The notes under the pieces: generated by a model | Told to the model about the DNA's origin: nothing | Seen by the model: the letters and a program-made list of their open reading frames with translations, nothing else | The model's database searches: none | Made by a program: the position numbers and the translations under genes | Shown here: positions 1 to 7,786 of the stretch, in pieces | How positions within the stretch are numbered: the stretch's first letter is position 1 | Layout of the letters: each line of letters begins with the position of its first letter | NCBI GenBank assembly: GCA_030615855.1 | Contig: JAUWYL010000001.1 | Span: 1 to 53,849 of the forward strand | DNA length: 53,849 nucleotides | From: a bacterium | Lineage (GTDB): Bacteria > UBP18 > UBA7526 | Direction: 5' to 3'

Positions 1-1
1 T

Positions 2-223
2 TACGACCCCTCCCCCGGAAACGAGGTAAGACTTTACATCAACGGTCAATTGGACAACTCAACGAACTTTGCCCACGGACCGATCGACAGTTCAGACAGT
101 ACCTTAACGATAGGAAACAGGATGGGCCAGCATTACTTCGATGGCACCATAGACGAAGTGGCCGTCTACAACAGGGCATTGTCAGCAGAGGAAATTGCTG
201 AGCTCTATGAGACTGGCCTATGA
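2..223 (+). CDS. C-terminal end of a LamG-like (laminin G/concanavalin A-like) domain protein, partial
   Basis: Frame 2 reads YDPSPGNEVRLYINGQLD...LTIGNRMGQHYFDGTIDEVAVYNRALSAEEI..., the typical LamG_3 C-terminal signature; stop TGA 221-223; not in the ORF track. Confidence 0.8.
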   Translation, partial: YDPSPGNEVRLYINGQLDNSTNFAHGPIDSSDSTLTIGNRMGQHYFDGTIDEVAVYNRALSAEEIAELYETGL

Positions 224-253
224 TTTGGAATAGTGGGATTGGGATAGGCATTA

Positions 254-813
254 ATGATTAAAAGAAATACTACTATTAATTGCCGGTCTGATTGTCTTGA
301 TCTTGATAGTAGCACTCGCTATCTATAAGCGACCTCTAAAGATAGAGGAGATAGAAAACGCTAAAATTGCCATCCAGAGCGTTAAAGAGGCCGGGGCAGA
401 GGAATTTTGCTCCCCAGAGGCTAAAGATTGTTCAGGACAACCTTCTCAAGGCCCAGAAGACCAGAAAGAAAGAGGAGGCCAGGTCACTCGCCCTTCAGGC
501 CAAAGGGAACACCAAGATTCATGAAAATCTTAGAGGGAAGTGCTCCTCCAGAGAAGGATAAAGGCAAGGGACGAGGTCGTTAGGAAGTGACGAGCCATTA
601 GTAGTCCTGTATAGGCTCCGGGATGAACATCTACTGACCAATCCATTAGGTCAAGCCCTTGTCCGTTTCTACTATCGCCATAGCCTACCTATATCCAGAT
701 TCATTGAGAGAAAGAAAGCCTTGAAAACCCTGATGAGGGCAGGGTTAAAGCCCATCCTCTGGATAGCCAAAGAAGCCACGAGACCTCCCTACAAATACCC
801 TATCCGGGAATAA
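254..813 (+). pseudogene. Frameshifted gene remnant: N-terminal TM, DUF4398-like helix and C-terminal CFI-box-CTERM-like domain
   Basis: Pieces in different frames: hydrophobic ILLLIAGLIVLILIVALAI, then AGAEEF / FAPQRLKIVQDNLLKAQ; 601-813 reads VVLYRLRDEHLLTNPLGQALVRFYYRHSLPISRFIERKKALKTLMRAGLKP, matching the LR.FRD..L...G..FV..YY..SP pattern. Confidence 0.55.
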
Positions 814-817
814 TGAA

Positions 818-910
818 GAGCAACGAGCAACGTGTCACGAGCAACGAGGGCCGAGAGTCATAAAGAGAAACGATGACAGGGGGAAAGGGAGATAAAGGGA
901 AAGAGTAAAG
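818..910. repeat. Orphan short-repeat tract (GAGCAAC heptamers, then AAAGGGA-like units)
   Basis: gagcaac gagcaac gtgtcac gagcaac gag... followed by gggaaagggagataaagggaaagag. Confidence 0.6.
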
Positions 911-919
911 AGGATTTAT

Positions 920-1756
920 ATGAAACATGAACTGAAAATAGAGGTGGCGAATATCGTCACCTCTTTAGAATTAGATGACTCCTCCTTACTTCAGCAGTTG
1001 AGAGAAACTTTCTCAGAGTTCGAGTCAAACAAATTAGCAGAGATTAACTTAAAAATTAATCTTGTAAACAACTTGGAAGCCCAGGAATTCTTCCCTCTGG
1101 GCCTTTCTTTTTCTGGAGAGGAAGTTATCATTAGGGCGGATGAGTTTTTTGGAAGGATGGATCTCTCAAAGAGAAAGGGAGAGGTAGATCTCCTTCCTCC
1201 TTATGCTAAGGGATCCCTGGCCAACTTCCTAAGAAATATCTATAATATTTTAATTACCAGAGAAGGCGGTTTAATCCTTCACGCTGCAGGAATAGTAAAA
1301 GATAACAGGGCCTATATCTTCTTCGGCCCCTCCCAGAGCGGCAAATCTACAGTTGCCCAGTTATCGAAAGATTATATTATTTTGAGCGATGACCTTATAG
1401 TCATTAAGAGGATTAACGGCTCCTGTAAAGTCTTCGGTACTCCCTACTGGGATAGACTAAAGGAGAGTCAGGGGAAGAGGGGAGTCTTCGAGATCGCTGG
1501 ATTATTCAAATTAGTAAAGGATAATAAAACCTGTTTAAAGAGACTCCCTTATTCTCAGGGATTGGCCGAAGTCCTCACCCTTCCCGGCATCCCTAAAGAA
1601 CATCAACCAATCGCTAAGTTACTAAGCATTTCTTCTCTTCTCATAAGAGAAGCCCCCTGCTACGAACTCCACTTCCTCCCCAACAAATCTCTCTGGAGAT
1701 GCATAGAGGAAGAACTGGCTAACTGGAAAACAATGGGAGTAAAGAATGTCTATTGA
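920..1756 (+). CDS. HprK-related P-loop kinase-like protein (ScmC-like)
   Basis: LHAAGIV...FFGPSQSGKST Walker A, ILSDD and GTPY motifs; overlaps the PqqD gene. Confidence 0.75.
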   Translation: MKHELKIEVANIVTSLELDDSSLLQQLRETFSEFESNKLAEINLKINLVNNLEAQEFFPLGLSFSGEEVIIRADEFFGRMDLSKRKGEVDLLPPYAKGSLANFLRNIYNILITREGGLILHAAGIVKDNRAYIFFGPSQSGKSTVAQLSKDYIILSDDLIVIKRINGSCKVFGTPYWDRLKESQGKRGVFEIAGLFKLVKDNKTCLKRLPYSQGLAEVLTLPGIPKEHQPIAKLLSISSLLIREAPCYELHFLPNKSLWRCIEEELANWKTMGVKNVY

Positions 1757-2021
1757 AAACAAAATCCCCTCTAAATCTCCCCAGACCGCATCCCGCATAG
1801 TAGATGGCGAGGCGGTCATCGTCCTCTTAAAGAAGAGCCGGGTGCACGTCCTGAATGAAGTAGGAAGTCGCATCTGGGAACTCTCCAATGGAAAGAGAAG
1901 CATAAAAAAGATTGCAGACACCATCTTCAAGGAGTTCCAGGTCACCAAGAAAAAAGCCCTCAAAGACACCATAGAGTTTGTAAAAAGTTTAACCAAAAAA
2001 GAAATGATGGTCTTAAAATGA
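1746..2021 (+). CDS. PqqD family protein / RiPP recognition element (RRE)
   Basis: 91 aa; R.VDGEAVIV...LNEVGSRIWEL..G...I...I..EF.V......D...FV..L pattern. Confidence 0.85.
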   Translation: MSIENKIPSKSPQTASRIVDGEAVIVLLKKSRVHVLNEVGSRIWELSNGKRSIKKIADTIFKEFQVTKKKALKDTIEFVKSLTKKEMMVLK

Positions 2022-3049
2022 AGTTAGATTATTATCAAAAAATAGTCAAAAAAACAGTGGATGAGAACATCCCATTCACTGTCCACTTCGACCTCACCTA
2101 TAAATGCAATCTGAAATGTGTCCACTGTTATGTTACCGAAGAGAAAGGAGAGAAAGAACTTTCCACTGAAGAGATAAAATCTATTATTAACCAGCTGGCG
2201 GAAGCAAACACCCTCTATCTCACCTTTAGTGGAGGAGAGATTTTCACTCGTGAGGATTTCTTTGAGATTGCTTCTTATGCCCGAAAGAAGGGTTTTGCCC
2301 TACGTCTCCTCACCAATGGAACCCTGGTCACTCCTCAAATAGCAAATAAAATTAGAGACCTAAATCCTCTATCTGTCAGGATGAGTCTCTATGCTACTGA
2401 TCCTGATGTTCATGACGCCATTACCAGATCAAAAGGCTCTCAGCGAAAGACAGTCAAAGCCTTTTCGCTCCTCAAAGAGAGAGAAATAAAGGTTGCCATC
2501 AACTCTGTTTTAATGAAAGAGAATGTAGGGGAATTTAAGAGATTAAAGGCCTTCGCCCAGGAGATAGATTCTGGCTTTGTCTTTGACCTCGGTATTATAC
2601 CTTGTGATAATGGGTCTAAAAAGCCCCTTACCCATAGACTCACAGAGAATGACCTGATTGATTTTTTCTCTTCAAATAGTAGAACATCGGAGTGGGAACC
2701 AATAGAAATACCAGATGATAGCCCCCTATGTGGTGCCGGACTAAATACCATCTATATCTCCCCTTATGGTGAGGCCTATCCCTGTGTCAGTATACGAGAA
2801 AGCTGTGGTAACCTGACCAGACAGCCTTTAAGCGAAATATGGCAGGCACCCATCCTGAAGAGACTCAGGGCCACCAAATTCTCTGATCTAAAAGAGTGTT
2901 CTACCTGCCCCCTTAAGTCTTATTGCTTCCGCTGTCCCGGCCTCGCTTTATTAGAAGACGGCAACCTCTTCGGTCCTTCACAAGCCGCCTGCACTTTAGC
3001 CCGAGCCCGCAAAACCACCTACGAAAAACCACGAAAAGCCACGGATTAG
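2018..3049 (+). CDS. Radical SAM/SPASM domain maturase
   Basis: CNLKCVHC, SGGE, TNG; SPASM cysteines CGAG...GEAYPC...CSTC...C..C...C. Confidence 0.9.
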   Translation: MKLDYYQKIVKKTVDENIPFTVHFDLTYKCNLKCVHCYVTEEKGEKELSTEEIKSIINQLAEANTLYLTFSGGEIFTREDFFEIASYARKKGFALRLLTNGTLVTPQIANKIRDLNPLSVRMSLYATDPDVHDAITRSKGSQRKTVKAFSLLKEREIKVAINSVLMKENVGEFKRLKAFAQEIDSGFVFDLGIIPCDNGSKKPLTHRLTENDLIDFFSSNSRTSEWEPIEIPDDSPLCGAGLNTIYISPYGEAYPCVSIRESCGNLTRQPLSEIWQAPILKRLRATKFSDLKECSTCPLKSYCFRCPGLALLEDGNLFGPSQAACTLARARKTTYEKPRKATD

Positions 3050-3057
3050 CACGGATT
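3030..3057. repeat. Left repeat arm of GxxExxY cassette 1 (AGCACGGATT units)
   Basis: cacgaaaagc cacggattag cacggatt; reverse complement of the downstream AATCCGTGCT units. Confidence 0.7.
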
Positions 3058-3068
3058 GAAAAGAATAG

Positions 3069-3452
3069 ATGAGCACAGAAAAAAAGTTGTTATATGAGGA
3101 TTTGACATATAAAATAAGAGGGGCCTTGTATGAGATTCATAAAGCATTAGGTCCGGTGCATAAGGAAACAGTCTACCATAATGCTATAGCCATTGAACTT
3201 AAACATCTAAAAATACCATTTAAAACAGAAAAGGTGCTCAAAGTAACCTATCGTGGAGAAACAGTAGGTATTTATAAACCTGATTTCATCATAGATGATA
3301 AAGTAATCCTTGAGATAAAAGCGGTTCCTGCCATAGCAAAAACAATGCTAGATCAGATTTATTACTATGTTAGAGGCTCAAAGTATAGGCTGGTTCTATT
3401 AGCAAACTTTGGAGCCAGAAGACTGGAAATAAAACGAAAGATCTACGGCTAA
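3069..3452 (+). CDS. GxxExxY protein (PD-(D/E)XK-like fold)
   Basis: LGPVHKETVY, PDFIIDDKVILEIKA, LANFG. Confidence 0.9.
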   Translation: MSTEKKLLYEDLTYKIRGALYEIHKALGPVHKETVYHNAIAIELKHLKIPFKTEKVLKVTYRGETVGIYKPDFIIDDKVILEIKAVPAIAKTMLDQIYYYVRGSKYRLVLLANFGARRLEIKRKIYG

Positions 3453-3454
3453 AT

Positions 3455-3608
3455 ATCCGTGCTAATCAGCCATAATCCGTGCTAATCCGTTTTTAATCAG
3501 TGCTAATCCGCGTATAAAGAAGTTTAACAAAGCATTACAATTAATCATCCGTGCTAATCAGTTATAATCTGTGCTAATCAGTGCGACTAAATCAGTGCTA
3601 ATCCGTGT
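3455..3608. repeat. Right repeat arm of GxxExxY cassette 1 (degenerate AATCCGTGCT 10-mers in two blocks)
   Basis: atccgtgcta atcagccata atccgtgcta atccgttttt aatcagtgct aatccgcgt ... atccgtgcta atcagttata atctgtgcta atcagtgc ... atcagtgcta atccgtgt. Confidence 0.85.
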
Positions 3609-3626
3609 ATAGAGGAGGTGAAAAAA

Positions 3627-3776
3627 ATGCCCAAGAAAAAAACCTATCGCAAACCAAAAATCATCTATCAGAAAGAGATAGAGACCTTAGCTGTGGTCTG
3701 CAGTTCTGCCAAGGAACCACCCGATGGGCCTTGTCGTACTTCAGTGCCGGAAGGCTGCACCAACCTGTATAGCTAA
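3627..3776 (+). CDS. Putative RiPP precursor peptide, 49 aa (MPKKKTYRKPKIIYQKEIETLAVVCSSAKEPPDGPCRTSVPEGCTNLYS)
   Basis: Strong RBS GAGGAGGTG 6 nt upstream; YxxPxI RRE-binding leader motif; three Cys in the C-terminal half; lies downstream of PqqD and rSAM-SPASM; below the ORF-track size cutoff. Confidence 0.8.
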   Translation: MPKKKTYRKPKIIYQKEIETLAVVCSSAKEPPDGPCRTSVPEGCTNLYS

Positions 3777-3880
3777 TTTATACCCTACCCAGGGTCCGGC
3801 TTCAAAAGTAACAAGGCCCTGAACTTTAGCAAAAAACTCCCTCAAATCCTTCAACTAATTCTGTTTGTTTATCTCCTTTG

Positions 3881-4155
3881 CACACTTTCATCGACGATCG
3901 TCCCTCATTTTGTGTTATTGACTTAATTTAGCGATTGTACACATTCTTATCGACGATCGTCTCCCAATTTGTGTCATCGATTTAATTGTTTAGTTTACTT
4001 CCTACACACTTCGATCGACGATCGTTCATCAATTTGTGCTTTCGGTTTAACTTGATAGTCTGCACATTTTCATCGACGATCGTCTCTCATTTTGTGTTAT
4101 TGACTTAATTTAGCGATTGTACACATTCTTATCGACGATCGTCCATCAGTTTGTG
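3881..4155. repeat. Array of five 34-bp imperfect palindromes (CACA-N5-ATCGACGATCGT-N8-TTGTG) with 24-31 bp linkers
   Basis: Copies at 3881-3914, 3940-3973, 4005-4038, 4063-4096, 4122-4155; linkers 1 and 4 are identical (ttattgacttaatttagcgattgta). Confidence 0.9.
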
Positions 4156-4251
4156 TCAATGCAATATTTCTAATTATTTTGAGGTATCGGAACTTCAATA
4201 AGCAAAACAAGGTTCTGACGAAGTCAGGTTCTTATATTGGAGGATATAAGG

Positions 4252-5898
4252 ATGTTAAATTCCACGACTAAGGAAGCGGTTGCTCATCTCTTGAGGGAAG
4301 AGATTACATCCGGGAAAGAAGTCTCTTTAAAAGTTGCCCAGGAGAGTATGCGACCTTTGATCAACCCCGGGGATAGGGTAGTGGTCGAAGGCTGCCGAGC
4401 AGAAAACCTTATTCCTGGAGATATCATCCTCTACGAAAAGGAAGGAACTCTTTACACCCATAGGTTCTTGTATCGGAGGGAATTGTTTCTTCTCACCAAA
4501 GGCGACAATGCTCTCTTCCTCGATACCCCCTTTCCTAAAGAGCAACTATTAGGAAAGATAATCACTATTAAGAAGAAATCCAGAACCATTAATCTGAGAA
4601 AGAGATCCTGGAGAATTATCAATTCGGTCTTGGCTATTCTTTTCCTGACCGAAGGTTTGATGTTTGGCATTGCTCGTCGACTAAAGCGAGGTCTTTTTGG
4701 CCACAAAAAGATTCGGAATGATCTTGAAGATAGACTAATCCTTCTCTGTGCCCGAACAAGGATAGATAGCGAAACCAAGGACGAAATCAAGAAGTTACTT
4801 GGGAAAAAATTAAACTGGGATTACTTACTAAAAAGGGCCGAGAGAGAAGGGCTCTCCGGCCTTTTATATTATAATCTAAAGAGATTTAATGAAAGAATTG
4901 TTCCTCCAAGTGTCATGGAGACTTTAGAGGAAAGATATTTCAATATCACTTCTCGCAACCTATTCTTCTTGAAAGAAGTGGGTAGGGTTTTGAAGGCTTT
5001 TAAAGAAGCAGGGATCCCAGCTATGGTCTTAAAGGGCACTTTTCTCATAGAAGAAATCTATAAGAATCCGGGCCTGAGGTCTATGTCCGACATCGATCTC
5101 CTTGTAAAAAGAAAAAACCTTCTCCAGGTCCATGAAGGATTAAAGGGATTGGGCTATACTACCACAGATAACTACTTGGATTATATAGAAAAGCCAATTT
5201 CGGGATATCTCAACAGTCTCTTCTACTACAGAAAAGAAAATGAGGCCTCAATTCCTCTCCACATCCATTGGCATCTGGTAAATTCCAGTGTCCCTAATTA
5301 TATGTTCTCTTCCCGAATCGATATGGGGGGCATCTGGCAAGAGACAGAGAAGATAAAGATAGCGGATGGAGAGGCCTTGAGCTTGGCACCCCATCATCTA
5401 GTTATCTATCTCTCTGAGCATGCCCTGAGGATGAAGCACTCCTTGGATAGGCTCATTCTTCTGTGTGATATCTCTGAGGTGATTGAAGAATATCGTAATG
5501 GGTTGAATTGGGAAAGAGTTATTGAAGATAGTTTCAGGTTCAATCTAGATCGTATGGTCTACTATAACCTATATCTTGTAAGGAAATTTTTAGGGAGGGA
5601 AATCCCTTCTTATGTTTTGAAGAGGCTCAGGCCAGAGAGGCCTGGTTATTTCGAAAGAAAATTCGTATCCTTCATTTCGAAGAACAGGCGCTTTCCAGGC
5701 TTAAGTTATTTACTGTACCTTTCCTTGAATAGGGGACTGTTTGCCAAGGGGAGGTTCGTCTTTAGAACATTCTTCCCTCCCCGCCAGGTAATGGCCCAGA
5801 GGAATAACATCTCCCGAAAAAATTTGACCCCTCTTCCTTACCTACGCCATTTAAGAGAAGTATTAGGCCCTCTTCCCAAATTGATACGCTATCTTTAA
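4252..5898 (+). CDS. S24/S26 peptidase-like domain fused to a nucleotidyltransferase family (NTP_transf_5-like) domain
   Basis: N-terminal ESMRP...GD...THR...TKGDN; C-terminal LKG...R.MSDIDLLV...HWHL...H; GGAGG RBS favours ATG 4252. Confidence 0.85.
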   Translation: MLNSTTKEAVAHLLREEITSGKEVSLKVAQESMRPLINPGDRVVVEGCRAENLIPGDIILYEKEGTLYTHRFLYRRELFLLTKGDNALFLDTPFPKEQLLGKIITIKKKSRTINLRKRSWRIINSVLAILFLTEGLMFGIARRLKRGLFGHKKIRNDLEDRLILLCARTRIDSETKDEIKKLLGKKLNWDYLLKRAEREGLSGLLYYNLKRFNERIVPPSVMETLEERYFNITSRNLFFLKEVGRVLKAFKEAGIPAMVLKGTFLIEEIYKNPGLRSMSDIDLLVKRKNLLQVHEGLKGLGYTTTDNYLDYIEKPISGYLNSLFYYRKENEASIPLHIHWHLVNSSVPNYMFSSRIDMGGIWQETEKIKIADGEALSLAPHHLVIYLSEHALRMKHSLDRLILLCDISEVIEEYRNGLNWERVIEDSFRFNLDRMVYYNLYLVRKFLGREIPSYVLKRLRPERPGYFERKFVSFISKNRRFPGLSYLLYLSLNRGLFAKGRFVFRTFFPPRQVMAQRNNISRKNLTPLPYLRHLREVLGPLPKLIRYL

Positions 5899-5927
5899 AA
5901 ATGATAATTATCCAATACTCCCTTTGA

Positions 5928-6017
5928 CACAGATCAATCAACGATCGTCCTCTGAAATGTGCACATGTTAAATTGAGCCAATACACAAATCAATCGACGA
6001 TCGTCTCTAAAATTGTG
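5928..6017. promoter_or_regulatory. Two further copies of the 34-bp palindrome upstream of the PaaX-like gene (candidate operators)
   Basis: cacagatcaatcaacgatcgtcctctgaaatgtg 5928-5961; cacaaatcaatcgacgatcgtctctaaaattgtg 5984-6017. Confidence 0.75.
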
Positions 6018-6055
6018 CAAAGGGATAGAAAAAACTCTTCTACAGGAAGTGAGGA

Positions 6056-6847
6056 ATGAAAGGACGAGTCTCTACCACAAAGATTATCCTTTCTCTTTTG
6101 GACGATGCCCTCAGGCTTCATAGAGATCCCATGACTTCTCTTTTGGAAGAGATGGGGAAAACGGCGCGTGCTGCCCAGGTAGCACTCACCAGACTTGAGA
6201 AAAAGGGCCAGATCAAGAAGGTGAATCAGAAGGAAGGAGTCTTCTTCTCTCTGACAGATGAGGGGAGGGCCCAGATTCCGGACAATCCCCATAGGCTGAA
6301 AAGAAAAGAGCGGAGATGGGATGGGAGATGGTATCTAGTGAGCTTCGATATCCCGGAGAAGAATAGAAGGATGAGGAACCTCTTCAGGCGATATCTGGTC
6401 AGCCTGGGATGTGGAAGGATGCAGAAGAGCCTTTGGATATCGCCTTACAATCGTTCTCGAAGAATACAATCCATGATTAACGAAATGGGCCTGGAAAAGT
6501 ATGTGGAGACCTTCTCTGCTCAACATCTGGGAAGAAGTGATAGCAAAACCTTAGCCTCTTGGATCTGGAAACTCGAGGAATTGAATGAACGCTACTCCGA
6601 ATTTATAGACCATTATAATCCTCTACTTTCCAGATTGAAGAGGGAGGCAAGCACTAAAGGCCAAGAGATAGGACTTCTGCATCTCAAGAGAAGAATAGAG
6701 AAAGATCTGGCCCAAATCTTGAGGAACGATCCTCAGCTCCCCAATAATCTCTTGCCTTCCGATTGGAGGGGAGAGAAGGCCTATCAACTCTTTGAAGAAT
6801 ATTATAGCTTAATCCTTAAAAGAATTGAGCCGAGGAGAAAGAAGTAG
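6056..6847 (+). CDS. PaaX-like transcriptional regulator (wHTH, Cas2-like central domain, PaaX C-terminal domain)
   Basis: ALTRLEKKG...FSLTDEG wHTH; WDGRWYLVSFDIPE..R..R...R..L..LG.G..Q.SLWISP; W.LEELN..Y..F; DPQLP..LLP.DW.G. Confidence 0.85.
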   Translation: MKGRVSTTKIILSLLDDALRLHRDPMTSLLEEMGKTARAAQVALTRLEKKGQIKKVNQKEGVFFSLTDEGRAQIPDNPHRLKRKERRWDGRWYLVSFDIPEKNRRMRNLFRRYLVSLGCGRMQKSLWISPYNRSRRIQSMINEMGLEKYVETFSAQHLGRSDSKTLASWIWKLEELNERYSEFIDHYNPLLSRLKREASTKGQEIGLLHLKRRIEKDLAQILRNDPQLPNNLLPSDWRGEKAYQLFEEYYSLILKRIEPRRKK

Positions 6848-6851
6848 ATTG

Positions 6852-6885
6852 CACAAATCAATCGACGATCGTCGATTGATTTGTG
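6852..6885. repeat. Perfect 34-bp palindrome just after the PaaX-like stop codon
   Basis: cacaaatcaatcgacga|tcgtcgattgatttgtg; lies between convergent genes and may also act as a terminator hairpin. Confidence 0.9.
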
Positions 6886-6908
6886 TGAGAAGGGAAATAA
6901 AAGGGGGA

Positions 6909-7718
6909 TCAGTATTGGATGAGACTTCCGTCCCTCTTTGCTTTCTTGATGGCGTAGTTAAAGACCAGGATGCCTAAGGGAAGCAGGATAATGGAGAAGA
7001 TGGCCAGGGCCATTATGTTGGGTAATAAAGTTCCCCAACTGGGGTCTCCTAATAGGGAGTTTCTTATACCCCTTAAGGAGTAGGTGATGGGCAGAAGATG
7101 GGAGAGCCTCTGAAGGGGTTGGGGAAGGATAGTGATGGGGTAGTAGACCCCACCCAAGAGGATGGAGAGGGTGGTGAAGAGCCAGGTTATGGGATTCCCC
7201 CTCTTGAAGACGATGATGAAACCCGCAGCGATGATTCCCAGACTGCTAAAAGAGATAATGGTTAGAATAAGAATAATAAAGGCGGGCAGAAGGTGAGTAA
7301 GGTTTAGACTCACCTTGAATAGGAAGACGCCGAGCAGAAGGTAGATCAAGACATTTAGAGAGGTTCGGATGAAGCTCCAGAGGGAGAGGGAGACGACTAA
7401 TACGCTTATTTTGGTAGGGGTGAGGAGCATGGCCTCTAAGGTGCCCATCATCTGTTCCCTTCTTATGCTACCTGAGAAGCTCTGTAGTCCCACTCCCAGA
7501 TAGGTGGAGAAGGCCAATCCGATTAGAACGAAGGGGAAGTATTCCCCTCCGTAATCCTTGAGATAGGGGGCAGCGCTCTCCCCAAATAGCTTAGAGATGA
7601 AGAAGAAGGTGACCACCCAGAAGAGGATGCTGAAGAGGTTGAGCAGGAAGGAGAAGCGATAACTTATCTCAACAAGAAAATCCCTCTTGATGAAGGCCAA
7701 AGGCTTCCTTAGGAACAA
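6909..7718 (-). CDS. ABC-2 type transporter permease
   Basis: Multiple TM helices, EQMMGTLEAMLLTP, GVYYPITILP. Confidence 0.9.
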   Translation of the reverse strand: MFLRKPLAFIKRDFLVEISYRFSFLLNLFSILFWVVTFFFISKLFGESAAPYLKDYGGEYFPFVLIGLAFSTYLGVGLQSFSGSIRREQMMGTLEAMLLTPTKISVLVVSLSLWSFIRTSLNVLIYLLLGVFLFKVSLNLTHLLPAFIILILTIISFSSLGIIAAGFIIVFKRGNPITWLFTTLSILLGGVYYPITILPQPLQRLSHLLPITYSLRGIRNSLLGDPSWGTLLPNIMALAIFSIILLPLGILVFNYAIKKAKRDGSLIQY

Positions 7719-7738
7719 TTTATTTCTCCTTTAAAAAT

Positions 7739-7786
7739 GTTAGCCAGTTAACCGGTTAGCCTGTTAGCCAGTTAAAACTGGTAAAC
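7739..7786. repeat. Orphan 8-mer tract (GTTAGCCA-like)
   Basis: gttagcca gttaaccg gttagcct gttagcca gttaaaac tggtaaac between the ABC genes. Confidence 0.7.

Noticed and set aside
3881-4155. Canonical CRISPR array
   Set aside because: Repeats vary internally, linkers are short, related to each other and one is duplicated, and no cas1 or effector genes are visible; the only Cas2-like sequence is the PaaX central domain
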